Assembly (NCBI GenBank): GCA_951406725.2
Contig: OX597834.1
Span: forward strand, 17,422,001-17,486,000
Direction of reading: 5' to 3'
Origin: Octopus vulgaris
Lineage: Eukaryota
Length of the DNA: 64,000 nucleotides
A program made the translations under genes and the position numbers. Under the pieces are notes generated by a model, which was not told the origin of the DNA, did no database searches, and worked only from the letters and a program-made list of their open reading frames with translations. Shown in pieces: positions 11,763-25,800 of the stretch; positions within the stretch are counted from its first letter, which is position 1, and every line of letters starts with the position of its first letter.

Positions 11763-12679
11763 GAGAAAGACTCTCCCAAAAGTCATCAACCGTTTACATA
11801 AGTTTTCCTGAAAAACAGAATGACATGGTTCCCATTAAAAGAAGTTCTTTCACTGGGATAGACCTTTTATACACCAGTATACTGTGACTCTTGTCACCAT
11901 TAATCTCTCTCTCTCTCCTTCTCTGATAAATCCTTTTATCACTTCAACCATCATTGCAGTAATTTTCATTCTGCTTCTTCTTTTAGTGTTCTGTCAACTT
12001 CAAATAGTTCTTGCCGATAAATATCTAAATATTCTGAATAAAAGGTGAAAGCATCACTTGGTCACTTTAACTAAGATGTAAGAATCGGAAGACATGGCAA
12101 TTAAATTAATCTTCTTAAAGGAATAAAAAGACTGTTGAGTTCATCTTTATCATGGATGATGTAATAAGCCAGTTTTGTAGTTCTATAGAAGTTTCTGTTT
12201 TCTTGGATTTGAGAAGTAGTGGAAAATGATACTTCAAGAAAGAAATGAGAAAAACTGAAATTTATTTTGAAAAATATCACTGAAATGGGCAAGAAAATAA
12301 GTAAAAATCAGACTAAAAGAATATTCTGGAAAAGACCTTCCTACCTAATACATACATACATACATACAGATGTACGTATTACATACATACATGCACACAT
12401 ACATACATATGTACGTATTACATACATACATACATTCTGTTGTCTGGGATATGGTTATAATCCCAGCTGTGTCCCCATCATGAAACACATCGGCATACTC
12501 CAGAATTCCAAAGCATGTTTGAAGATATTATTTTCAACTCTCATATGAGAATATAAAACTCATATAGAAACTGGAGAATATACTGGAAGATACTTACTGT
12601 AATTACATATTAAAACAGAAAATGGAAATAATTCAGACCAATAAATTAAGATAATATGTTTTTATTCTGTCTGTCTCTC

Positions 12680-12722
<43 letters not shown>

Positions 12723-12755
12723 ATATATATATATATATCCATATAGGATAAATAT

Positions 12756-12810
<55 letters not shown>

Positions 12811-13209
12811 GTGTGTGTGTGTGTATTTATGTAGATGTGAGTATGTGTGTGAATATATGTCACACGAAAAAATATAGCATTGCTATTTGGCAAGTATATA
12901 ACTAGAATATTTATTTCAGTGTATATATACCGCGAATAGTTGAGTGAACACACACACGCACGCACACACATTCGCCGGTCGGGCTTATTTAAATAGTTTG
13001 AATTCGCCACCACTGGCGAAAATTCAGTAACATTCAGCGATGGAAAATGAATAAATATTATATTAAACTACATAAATATATATTTAGTTTTACATTTTGT
13101 CAATTTTTATTGTTTTAATATGTTTTGATTTTAAAACGCTTATATTTTTTTAACTAATTATATATATCATAAATATTTTTGTTTGTATGTACATATATCT
13201 ATCTATCTG

Positions 13210-13252
<43 letters not shown>

Positions 13253-13569
13253 CACACACACACATATATATATACACATACACACACACATGTATCAAGT
13301 ATATAGACACATACACAAACACAAGGACGCATACACCTACAAACATATACACAAATACATAAGGATGTATGTGTATGTGTGTGCGTGCGTGCGCGCGTGT
13401 ATGTGTATGTGTGTGCGTGCGTGCGCGCGTGTATGTGTATATAGTATTTGTGTATGTATGTGTGCGTGCGCGCGTGCATGTGTGTAGTATTTGTGTGTGT
13501 CTGTATGTGTGTGAGTGTGAGCGTGTGCGCATGCATGTGTATGTATAGTATTTGTGTGTGTGTGTATGT

Positions 13570-14240
13570 GTGTGAGTGTGCTAGCGCTCGTACATGTAAG
13601 AGTGTGGTAACATCAACCTAGCGAGGCAGGGAACCGTCGCTGGCATTCGGCAGTTGTCGTTTTTTTCCGACATAGGTCTGACATAAACAACTTAAAGCCA
13701 TTTCCGGCGAAACGAGACTGAACTGTTGGAACATTTAAAAAAAAAAAAAAAAAGATTATTTTTCAGAGATGGCTCGTAAAAATTCTCAGAAAACAGGTAA
13801 GGGCCTTTTTCAATTCTCACCATCTCAATGAAATATATATCGCGCGCAAACCTTATTTTAACACAGGATTCTAGTTTTATGGCCGATTACAAGAGGCAAT
13901 GTGCATCTGTCAAGTATTAATCTATAACACGGCCGCCGTCTCAGGCTCTTGTGCAATTGTCAGATATTTATCCCCTTCTCTGATAATAATAATGATAATA
14001 ATAGTAATAAGCATCAAGTATTGGTTATGGAATCGACTCTCCACTCGATCGGTAGTTCTTTATCTTGTTTCTTTTCTTTGCTTTTATCTCTTTTTCTTCT
14101 CTTTTCTTTTATCTCTTCTTTCTTGTCTTGAAATCCTCGTCTGCGTGCAGAGACCGACCGCTCCACTTGTGCTGCTGCTGTCGTCTTTACTGTCTTAAAG
14201 TTTTTTTTCTTTGGTGCTTCTACCGACCATACCACGTCAC
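13570..14240. promoter_or_regulatory. CpG-retaining unique island, candidate promoter/5' exon region
   Basis: Non-repetitive and CpG-rich relative to 1-12.9 kb; ETS-like TTCCGG near 13702; strong splice donors on both strands. Confidence 0.4.
13769..13796 (+). CDS. Candidate short coding exon MARKNSQKT(G..), phase-1 donor
   Basis: ATG...AAAACAG|gtaagg; also preceded by acceptor-like ttatttttcag, which would give a 30-nt exon 13767-13796; no homology recognised. Confidence 0.35.
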
Positions 14241-14263
14241 ACTTTATCTACACACATAGGCAC

Positions 14264-14264
<1 letters not shown>

Positions 14265-14299
<35 letters not shown>

Positions 14300-14385
14300 G
14301 CACACACATATACACAGGCTCATGTGTGTGTGCGTGCGTGTGTGTGGTATCTGCACAAACACACACAGGCACATACACACAGAGG

Positions 14386-14419
<34 letters not shown>

Positions 14420-14849
14420 CAGAGAGGCACACATATACACAGACTCATGCGTGCGTGCGTGTGTGTGTGTGTGGTATCTGCACAAACACAGATTACATAT
14501 ATGTGTCTATATATAGGTATGTGTGTGTGTGTGTGTGTGTGTTTGTGAGTGTGTAAATATGCATACATAGATGTGTGTATATATGTATATCTATGTATAT
14601 ATATATATATATATAGTGTGTGTGTTTGTGAATGTGTAAATATGCATACATAGATGTGTGTATATATGTATATCTATGTGTGTATATATATAGTGTGTGT
14701 GTTTGTGAATGTATAAATATGCATACATAGATGTGTGTATATATGTATATCTATGTGTGTGTATATATATATATATAGTGTGTGTGCATATATGTGTTGT
14801 GCGTGTATATATATATATACATACCCAAACATATATATATACATGCCCA

Positions 14850-14901
<52 letters not shown>

Positions 14902-16009
14902 GGTGTGTGCGTGCTTGTGTGTGAATATATATGTATATGTTTATATGTGCATTCTGTGTGTATGCGTAGCTGCATGTATGTGTGTTTATATATATCTAAG
15001 GGTGTATATGTACAGATATGCGTGTGTACAGATGAATATATATATTGCTATATGCATGAATGTAGATGTAGATCTGTGTGTAAATGAAAGAAATGTATAT
15101 ATAGCTCCTTGTATTTGTGTATATAGATAGATAGGTGTGAATACATACATACATACATCAGTTTATGCATTTGTATACATATGTGCATATATAAATATGG
15201 GCATTCTTTCGAATGCTTAAATATGTATCTGTAAGCATATGTATATATGGTTATCTGTGTGTATGCATGACTATATATGTATGTATACATATGTATATGT
15301 GAACGTGTATACAGGGATATGTATGATTACGTACTTATATACGTTTATATACGTGCATGTTTATATATATATATATGTCTATGTATATATATCTATGTGT
15401 ATGTATATATATATATGTGTGTGTATGTGTTTGTAAGATTCTTGATGTGAATTCTTGTATTGAAACAAATCTTGAGTCTTGGGAGGGTCATTACGCCAGT
15501 AATTATAAACGCACAAGATCATCGTCATCGTTCAACGTCCGTTGTCCATGCTTGCATGGTTTGGACGGTTTGATCGGAGCAGGTAAGGTGTGTGTGTGTG
15601 TGGTGGTGGTGGTGGTGGTGGGGGGCTGCACAAGATATATATTTATGTGTGTGTGTATATATATATATATGCAAACGTGTATATACATATGTGTATATAT
15701 TATATGGATATACATGTGTTTATGGATATATGTATATGTGCGTGTGTGTATATATATATAAATGAAAAGATCCCGTATATATATATGTATGTGCATATGA
15801 GTATGTATGCATATATATGTGTATGTATGTATACGTACATATATGTGTGTGTATATACATGTATGTATGTATATGTGTATGTGTATATATATTTATGTGT
15901 ACATATGTGTATGTATATATATATATATATTGATAGAAATGGCAAGACAACAAAAGAATGAAAGAGACCTCGATATTATGTAAATAGAGGAAAAGAATGA
16001 AAGAGACCT

Positions 16010-16078
<69 letters not shown>

Positions 16079-16085
16079 TGTATGC
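14265..16085. repeat. Extended compound (TA)/(TG)/(CA) low-complexity region with local 50-130 bp duplications
   Basis: Examples: repeated ggtatctgcacaaacac and aaatatgcatacatagatgtgtgtatatatgtatatctatg (three times). Confidence 0.9.
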
Positions 16086-16185
16086 ATATGTGTTCAATTC
16101 CTGGCATGAAAATGTTACTAGCATTGCCAGGTCTTCAGGCCTGGAACAGCAAGGAAATATGTATATATATATGTGTGTGTGTGTA

Positions 16186-16304
16186 TGAGCCTTCTTTCTC
16201 TGGACTTTCCTGTTTCCGATGAAGAGCTATGCTCAAAACATTGGCAACACCTCTCTCCCTTCACCGAGCATCAAATTAATATATTTCTTGTGCACGTCCT
16301 CACT

Positions 16305-16306
<2 letters not shown>
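16186..16306 (+). mobile_element. Penelope-like element with degenerate hammerhead (16212-16245)
   Basis: gttt-CCGATGA-a-gagc tat gctc-AAAA-CA-TT; colinear with 57459-57640; flanked by (TG)/(TA)n. Confidence 0.65.
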
Positions 16307-16388
<82 letters not shown>

Positions 16389-17113
16389 CTGCTCGCTTAG
16401 CCAGCGGGGTGGCATCATTTGAAGGCTAAAACAATGCGGAGCGCATTGTGACCAGTGATGTGTAACAACATCTGATAGCCTGGTCGGTCACAGTGATATA
16501 TATATATGTTCCACCCGGAGACCTTTTTTTCCACTATTTGTCTCTTTGCTGTTATTGCTGATACATTTCTCTCACCAAAATGTGACTAACCATGGGGTTC
16601 GTCTACCAGTAGAACCTACTCTTTCTCATCTCCTTGTTTCATACCTTGACCTCCATTGACTAGCATAATGATCCTCTTCTCAGGTTTCATAGGCTTACAA
16701 ACTGCACCTCACTGGCACTTGTGGCATGAAGAAAACACCCAGCACTCACTCTGAAGTAGTTGGCATTTAGAAAGGCATCGGACTGTAAAAACTTTGCCAA
16801 TGCAGAAATCGAAGTATGATGCATCTTGTGGATCCACTGACCCTGTCAAACCATCCAACCCATGCTAGCATGGAAAATGGTCATTAAATGCAAATGATGG
16901 TGATGTATACATATGTATAATACCCAGCAAGGGTCATAGAATCATGAAGGTGCACATGCTGTTGGCTTTTGAAAGTTTTTGACTGTTGTTGTTCATATTT
17001 TCACTTGATGAAAATGGTTCTTTGTAATGATGTAATGTTTCCTTTAGTCAGTTAAAAATTTGTTGGAAACAGCTGTAGTGAATTGCCACATTATCTATCT
17101 GTTATTTATTTAT

Positions 17114-17397
17114 TTATATGGGAAACTACCACCTGTGTCATCTCTTGTGAAAGGTAAGAGAGTCCAGTTTGCTGGACATTGTTGTAGAGCTGAAAAGAGG
17201 TAATTTCTACTCTTCTCCTTTGGAAGCCATCTACTCGCAATACCAGAGGGCGCACACTCTCCTACCCTGATGTAATCTCCAGGGATACAAGCATCCAGCA
17301 ACAGGACCCCCGTAATGCCATGATGGACTGTGAAGTCTGGCGTAGCATGGTAAATTCCATTGTCTCGACCACGGTCGGACAATGATGATGATGATGA
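17114..17397 (+). mobile_element. 5'-truncated RTE-clade LINE: ORF C-terminus plus (TGA)n tail
   Basis: LYGKLPPVSSLVKGKRVQFAGHCCRAEK/EVISTLLLWKPSTRNTRGRTLSYPDVISRDT...AMMDCEVWRSMVNSIVSTTVGQ* with one frameshift; (TTTA)n on both flanks. Confidence 0.85.
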
Positions 17398-17721
17398 TTT
17401 ATTTATTTATTATTCACCTCTCTCGGAATCTGCTCCTTGCATAGATCCAAAGTATATTATGGACTGTACATTTAGTGCAATGTATGTTTGTTGATTGGCC
17501 TCGGGGCTAGTGACATACTCAGTCGGGTACAGTTAATCCTATGCATAACTTGAATATGTCTGCCTGTACTTTGGTACCTGCATATGTATTCCTTCATCTT
17601 TGCTGTGTACAAATTTTACTTTTCGACCTGACCTGGTGCCTTACCATTTAAGTCCCTGATTCAGTTGAATCCTGATCTATTATAATATGTATATATGCAT
17701 ATTTGTGTTTATATAAAGACT

Positions 17722-18013
17722 GGCATTCTGTTGGTTATGATGATGAGGGTTCCTGTTGGTTTGCTCAATGGAACAGCCTGCTTGTGAAATTAATGTGCAT
17801 GTGGCTGAACTGAACATTTTACAGTCAGGTTTATCCTTAATGTAGTTCTCAGAGAGATTCAGTGTGACATGGTTGGCCCTTTGAATTGCATGTACAACTC
17901 ATTTTTGCCAGCTGAGTGGACTGGAGCAACGTGAAATAAAGTATCTTGTCCAGAAACACAACATGCCACCAAGAATCAAGCAGAATGGTCTAACCACTAA
18001 ACCACGCGCCTTC
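17722..18013 (-). mobile_element. SINE family C
   Basis: Reverse complement of 33611-33918, with a deletion in the head. Confidence 0.8.
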
Positions 18014-18019
18014 ACACAT

Positions 18020-18092
18020 TTATATATATGTATATATATATAAATACCTCTATTGACATATGTATATACATGCATATATATATAAATATATA

Positions 18093-18144
<52 letters not shown>

Positions 18145-18284
18145 TATATATATATATAAATATATATGCATATATATATAAATATATATGCATATATATA
18201 TATATAAATATATATGCATATATATATAAATATATATGCATATATATATATATAAATATATATGCATATATATATAAATATATA

Positions 18285-18333
<49 letters not shown>

Positions 18334-18396
18334 TGCATATATATATATAAATATATATGCATATATATATATAAATATATATGCATATATATATAA

Positions 18397-18456
<60 letters not shown>

Positions 18457-18457
18457 T
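18020..18457. repeat. (TA)n with higher-order tatataaatatatatgca units
   Basis: Directly visible. Confidence 0.95.
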
Positions 18458-18630
18458 AGGAAGGTTTGGAGATGATGTACAGGTATTTTATATTAGAAGA
18501 GATGAGGTACTCAGAAAATCGGATGGTTTATATTTACAGATATTTATTTGTATATTACATGTTTTATACATCATATAACTTAGATCATGTATTAGCGCTT
18601 TCTCCCATTCTAGTGGGGTTTTCAAATCAA

Positions 18631-18661
<31 letters not shown>

Positions 18662-19600
18662 ATATATATAAATAAATCTATCTTTCTATCTATATATATG
18701 TGTGTGTGTGTGTGTGTAATTTAAAAAGTGTACTTGAAGGCAGAACACATTACCAGGAGTTTTGGGGTTGGTAGATGGTACTATTCTTCACACCTATGCA
18801 CAATGTGGTTTAACAATAACCATCATACCTCCTGATAGGCTAGTACACATTATTCCAGCCACATTATAGTAATAATAATAAAAATGTAGCTTCTTAGTTG
18901 TAGGTACCTTCATAAGAGATTATCCCAAGAATTGTTTTTTCCCATGCGTCTGTCAGAAGCGCTCACCTGATTGGGATGTAATACTGTATCTTTTAAAGTG
19001 CAATGGAACACGTGACACCATACCAAAAGATTTTGATTCAATAGTTTCACACTCTGCTCACACATTTTGATAACAACTATAAACTTGCTGCGTAAGCCAA
19101 TTTAGAGAATTCTACCCATGTTTGGTGATAAATACCAAGGAAGTGAGTTGATTGCATTGCACTGTAAGGCCAACTGGCTTGCGTAATAGTGAGGATTGAT
19201 TTTTGAAAACGTGTGTATGCTATATAAAGCTTAAAATTATCAATTGTATTTTCTGTTTATTGTTACTATATGTAGTGTGTGTGTGTATGCATGTTTATGT
19301 GTATGCATATATATGTGTATATGTATGTATTGTATATCTATATATTAGTGTATGTATGTATATTTATGCAGAACACAGCCAATTTCTTGTACAAAGAGAG
19401 GTACAAAGACAGGCTAAGAGAAAGAAACAGGGAGAGAAAAAGAATTGAATGCAATACTGAACTGTCTTAATTATAGACCTTAAAGGCATAAAAGTTGAAT
19501 TTGACAGGATTTAAACTAAGATAGCGGGGATGTGAAATGAATAGGGCAAGGCAGTTTATCTAATCCTCTAACAACTTAACTAGTTCACCATATATATATA

Positions 19601-19818
19601 CTCTTTACTCTTTTACTTGTTTCAGTCATTTGACTGCGGCCATGCTGGAGCACCGCCTTTAGTCGAGCAAATCGACCCCGGGACTTATTCTTTGTAAGCC
19701 CAGTACTTATTCTATCGGTCTCTTTTGCCGAACCGCTAAGTGACGGGGACGTAAACACACCAGCATCGGTTGTCAAGCAATGCTAGGGGGACAAACACAG
19801 ACACACAAACACACACAC

Positions 19819-19866
<48 letters not shown>

Positions 19867-20020
19867 GACAGGCTTCTTTCAGTTTCCATCTACCAAATCC
19901 ACTCACAAGGCTTTGGTCGGCCCGGGGCTATAGCAGAAGACACTTGCCCAAGATGCCACGCAGTGGGACTGAACCCGGAACCATGTGGTTGGTTAGCAAG
20001 CTACTTACCACACAGCCACT
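19601..20020 (-). mobile_element. Young SINE family A (tRNA head, CORE-like cttgggcaagtg, internal microsatellite, gagtaaa tail)
   Basis: A box tggctgtgtggtaag, B box gggttcagtccc; CpGs preserved. Probably one of the known octopus tRNA-derived SINEs (OK/OR1/OR2), assignment unverified. Confidence 0.92.
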
Positions 20021-20041
20021 ACACAGCCACTATATATGTAT

Positions 20042-20257
20042 ATAGTAAATTCCCAAAAATGAAGAACAAACACAAAAAACGACAATGCGAGGACGTGGTA
20101 CATGTAAAGTATTTAGCAGATGCTCGAGGAGGGAAAGAAAGGTGGTTTTATGTTTTGAGCAAAGCTCTTCTTCGGAAACAGAGGAGACAGAGTAAAGTCC
20201 AATAGAAAAAGAAGACAGAGGTAAAAAAAATCACCAACGATTCACATGTGGTTACAA
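20042..20257 (-). mobile_element. Penelope-like element with degenerate hammerhead (20145-20179)
   Basis: - strand gttt-CCGAAGA-a-gagc ttt gctc-AAAA-CA-TA-aaac; colinear with 57459-57640 end to end. Confidence 0.7.
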
Positions 20258-20262
20258 TATAT

Positions 20263-20452
20263 GTAAAAAGCACCCACTACACTCTCGGAGTGGTTGGCGT
20301 TAGGAAGGGCATCCAGCAGTAGAAACTCTGCCAGATCAAGATTGGAGCCTGGTGCAGCCATCTGGTTCGCCAGCCCTCAGTCAAAATCGTCCAACTCATG
20401 CTAGCATGGAAAGCAGACGTTAAACGAGGATGATGATGATGATGATGATGAT
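20263..20452 (+). mobile_element. RTE 3' end (family D) with (GAT)n tail
   Basis: gtaaaaagcacccactacactctcggagtggttggcgttaggaagggcatccag...gacgttaaacgaggatgatg. Confidence 0.9.
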
Positions 20453-21316
20453 ATATATATTGATACATAGATAGATAGATTGTTGTTTGAAGTGCCGTGC
20501 AGATTTTATTTATTAAGAAAATGGAATTTTGGATAATTATTTACTTAGTGTTTTGCAGCTTTGAGAGATTCATCAAGAATTATATAGTTTTACTGAAAAT
20601 TTATGCCTTATATGAGTTACTTGAAAAAATCTGGAGTTGAATTGGGAAGAGAATATTCTTTGTTATTTTAAATGTGGTGAAAGTGAAAGTAAACCGTCCA
20701 GTTTACTTTTTATATTTCTTGCATGCACCAAAGATGAGTCATGAGTAATGCGCAAAGTAATTTCAAAGCAACTGTAGCTTTCCGGCCGTGACCATTCCGT
20801 CGCTTAATCCTTTACCCCAAGCCTGAATCGCAACTTTAACTTTTAATCGTTAACCTAAACCTATAACGCTGAAGCCTAAACTTAGAACTTTACCCTCACC
20901 CTTATTCTGAAGTCTAAATGAACCCTAAAGGAACTCTGTCTTAAAAATGACGTGTCTTTCATTGATTGTGCTAAATCTTATTGCATACAAGTGCATGCGT
21001 AAAACCCAGGATATACCGGCTTTTTGCTTCGTGCTGTGAGAAATTTCCGTTTGAAATCTTCAATTTCAGGATGCCATACACACCAACACATGCATGCTTT
21101 TTGTTCTCTCTGTCTCCGCCTGCCTGCCTGCCTGTCTCTCTGTCTGTCTGTCTGTCTGTCTCTCTCTGTGGTGTGTCTGTGTGCGTACGCGCCACGTTTC
21201 CTACCAATACACAAGAAACCCTTAATTGTTGTCCCAGCATTTATTAGGCTTCTAACGAAGAAGACAGTCGTACAATGTCAGTATATGTAATAATACAAAA
21301 CAACAGCATCACACAC

Positions 21317-21510
21317 ACCATAATTTGCTCGAGTATAAGCCGCACCCCACTAATTTAGTGTTAAATCTTGGTACAAACCTTTTTCCCTTTTTACCCTTCA
21401 TAGTTTTGGCTTTACCCCTTGCACAAATTAGTCACACCCATCCCTTTTTTTTTTTCAGTTAAAAAAAAATCAAGTATAAAACAATCCTATTTAACACACA
21501 AGTATAACAC
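21317..21510. mobile_element. pogo/Tigger-like MITE end
   Basis: ccataatttgctcgagtataagccgcac resembles the TIR of 31655-32169. Confidence 0.55.
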
Positions 21511-21515
21511 CCCCC

Positions 21516-21569
<54 letters not shown>

Positions 21570-22401
21570 ACACGTTGTATGTATTCCTCTGTGAGTGAGA
21601 ATCCAGAAGCAAATCGCCGCTAACATGGTTGTACGCATTGTCTGCGTCCCGATGAGAGCTGTTGTGTCCCGGTTAATTAATCTAATTTGCGAATTCCTTA
21701 TATATTATGAATATTCTACAGTCATATTCGTTTGTGTTTGTCTTCATGTAATATGTGTGTGTGTGTGTTTGAGCGTGCGTACGTGTATATCCGCACGGTG
21801 AGAGCTTGAAGGAATGTCTGTATGTGTGTGCGTGAATGAATGTCTTGTACACGTATATAAAATGAATGAATGTGGAGTGTTAATGTGTGTGTATATGGAA
21901 TGTGAGTGTTTGTTGTTGTGTACGAACGTGTGTCTGTGTGGTGATTACAGCTTAGTTATAAATATATACGGTTTCGGTGAAAATTACTCTCAACTTAGGT
22001 CCATTGTTACGAGGTGGTGGTTATAGTGCTCCGGAAATCAGTTCTTCAGTATTTCTTCCTAATTTGTTTATTGTCTGTTTTGAATTGAGAAAAAAAAAGA
22101 CTCTTAATTGAAAAGTTGCTACTTCCTCTCTCTCTCGTACTTTTTTTAAATAATTTTTGAAAGCGAGTACAACCACCACCATCATCATCATCACCGTTAT
22201 CGTTAGCAACATCGCCGTCGTCGTAGTATAATTAGCCATCATCATCATTGTCACCATCACCATCACCGCCGGCATCATCATCTTCATCATCCCACCGAGT
22301 TAAAGAATATTGTCCATTTATATTTTTCGCAGCATCACTTTTTGTTTCTGGGCTTTTCGTCTAATTTTTCTCGTCACTTCTTATTTTATTGTCGTTGCTA
22401 C

Positions 22402-22497
<96 letters not shown>

Positions 22498-23094
22498 GCA
22501 CACACACACACACACACAGACAGACACAGACACACACATACACACATGCTTGGCATTCTAGCCTACTTTCTTTTATATATATATATATATTCATATTTGC
22601 ATGTGTACACATCCACTAATTCATCACACATAAACCCTTTTTTATTAGAAAATAATTTGTGGGGTTTACTTAAACCCGAAACTCTCTCTCTCTCTTTCTC
22701 TCTCTCTCTCCCGGTGCTTATCGAAGCTCTGTTCTGTTCCGAGACCAATATAATATAATATTGGTTGATAGAAGCACCACCATACCGCGTGCTTGTGAAG
22801 GCATGTTCTTGCTTCTCTTTATTATTCAATTTATGGATTATAAAGCTTTGCTCGTTTCTTTTGAAAGACCAACTGGAATAAATTAATAAAAAATGCACGA
22901 CCATATTTTAATTTAATAAACTAAAACCTTCTAATATAAGCATTGTGTTTTCCCCCACCTATCTTACAACCCAAAGAAATAATAGACACATCTTGTTCTC
23001 TCTCAAGCTATCTTTCTCCCTCCTCTCTGTATAATGTATATTGTATGCATCTTTAGCTATATACAAATGTATATAGAGCCGTCTATTTAACGAA

Positions 23095-23111
23095 TCTGTC
23101 TATCTGTCTGC

Positions 23112-23177
<66 letters not shown>

Positions 23178-23206
23178 ATATAGCTATCTATCTATCTCTA
23201 TCTATC

Positions 23207-23273
<67 letters not shown>

Positions 23274-23303
23274 GTCTGTCTGTCTGCCTATCTGTCTGTC
23301 TGC

Positions 23304-23389
<86 letters not shown>

Positions 23390-23511
23390 GCCTATCTATC
23401 TGTCTGTCTGTCTGCCTATCTATCTATCTGTCTGTCTGCCTATCTATCTATCTGTCTGTCTGCCTATCTATCTATCTGTCTGTCTGCCTATCTATCTATC
23501 TGTCTGTCTGC

Positions 23512-23581
<70 letters not shown>

Positions 23582-23591
23582 GTCTGTCTGC

Positions 23592-23629
<38 letters not shown>

Positions 23630-23640
23630 GTCTGCCTATC

Positions 23641-23712
<72 letters not shown>
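23095..23712. repeat. ~620 bp (CTAT)n/(CTGT)n tetranucleotide array with higher-order units
   Basis: Directly visible; recurrent tctgtctgtctgcctatctatcta blocks. Confidence 0.97.
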
Positions 23713-24140
23713 CTTTCACAAACACACACATACACATACACACACGCGTATTTAATCACTTTCTGATACTCACAAAAGCGCATATAAACACACGTACACA
23801 CCCACAAAATACCAAGTGCGTGTAGCAATTGATGACCAAGGCATGTGATACAGGCAGAAGCAAGCCACGACAAAAGAGAGCCTATACATGCATGCATGTA
23901 AACTCTGTTTACATACATACTTGTTGCAGCTATCAATATGTTCGGAGTGCAACCGGTTTATATCGGTGCACCATTTCCATGCACTGCACACATTTCTTTA
24001 TCATGAGATATTAATTTTTTTTTCTTTCTAAATTTCTCTGCACTGTGTAATTGGTTATACGTATGCGTGGCTGCATACATATTTTGATACGAACTGCACG
24101 TATGTTATTAACATGCACGTTTATACACACAGCATATACA

Positions 24141-24177
<37 letters not shown>

Positions 24178-24397
24178 CGTTTCTCTGTTTTTTTTCGTTG
24201 TTCAGAAAATAAAAGTTCGTTTCTATGTTTTCGTTTCTCATTGTGTTCAACGTATTTTTTGATGTCCTGTACCCATATATGCATGTATATATACATATAT
24301 ATGCATCTATATATACACATAAATGCATGTATATATACATATAAATGCATGTATATATACATATAAATGCATGTATATATACATATATATATGTATG

Positions 24398-24443
<46 letters not shown>

Positions 24444-24606
24444 CTGCAGTATACACATATAATGACATTATATATATAGTGACATATGCACGTACAAAAC
24501 ACATTCAGATGTATATATACATACATCTAGCTACATATATACATGTACTGCAATGAAAATGCATATACGATGATGGTGCGTATATCTATCTATCTATCTA
24601 TCTATC

Positions 24607-24681
<75 letters not shown>

Positions 24682-25360
24682 CTAATGCTCTTTTGCTGTT
24701 GTGTGTACGCAATTTCAGGCGGAATATTAAATTGGCCAAATGAGAGGATATTCGCTTTCATATTTTTTTTCTTTTCCCAAAGAATACGTGGTATAAAAGC
24801 GATGCGAAACAGTCCTGTCCAGGAGACCGAAACACGGGTTGTGTGGCGCATTCGATTCTCCCGGGATTTTTTCTTCAGTCGTTGCGTTAAAAAAACGATA
24901 TACCTAAAACCACAACATCTTGGTTTCTTTGACTATGCAATCAACCATTCTTTGCTATGCTACGAAATGCATGGCTATCAATGTTTTTATCACGTTCTTA
25001 GACACACACACACACGTATGCGCGCACATATTTGCTTGTTTTCTATATGAATGCGTTTTCTCTACCCGTGTCTGTCTCTCTCTGTCTCTCTTTCTCCCCT
25101 CTCTCCATTTGCCTGTCTGTCTGTCCACCTTTCTCTCTCTCTCTCTCCCTCTCTGTCTCTCTCTCCCTGTCTCTATAAATGCACACAGACAGCAAATATA
25201 AAACGTACAGCTCAATAAATATTTCTTCCACATATTCCACAGACGTGAATAGAAGCGACGTCTTGAGAACGCAATATTGTGTAATAGCCTGAAACTGGGT
25301 TGTGTCTTTGTTTACCAAGAACACGACGAAACTCCCCTCCCTCCCTTCCTGTATTCCACC

Positions 25361-25436
<76 letters not shown>

Positions 25437-25766
25437 TATATGGTTTCTTCTTCATCATGCAAGCTCACACGTTTGTTTTTTTTTTATTTTCACAGAAATG
25501 TTATAAATGCCAAAACAAATAAATAGACAGATAGATATAAATAAATGAATAACAAAAAAAAAAAACCCAGTTGAATCAAACATAGAAGGATGAACGATTT
25601 TTTTTTTTATTGTTGTGTCAAGCTATTTTCCACCTGGGTGCTGGCGCTGCTTATCTCTCTCCAGGCAAATATCGTAATAAAATAGATGATGATGATGGTG
25701 ATTTGTTGCATCTTCATTGCTTTATAAACGTTTAGAACTAAGACAAAAAAAAAAAAAGAAAAAAAA

Positions 25767-25800
25767 ATGGAAAAGAAAACGAAGCAACAGAAATACCCAG
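25767..25800 (+). CDS. Candidate short first exon MEKKTKQQKYP(G..), phase-1 donor
   Basis: aaaaATGG...TACCCAG|gtcggt in unique sequence downstream of (CT)n tracts. Confidence 0.25.

Noticed and set aside
14014-14235. 73-aa Lys/Glu-rich ORF
   Set aside because: Composition is explained by a purine-rich tract, the start is non-ATG and no family is recognisable; treated as possible UTR only
16095-16145. - strand CUGAAGA followed by a ccuggca/ugccagg stem
   Set aside because: GAAU replaces GAAA and there is no stem III or cleavage triplet; not callable as a hammerhead
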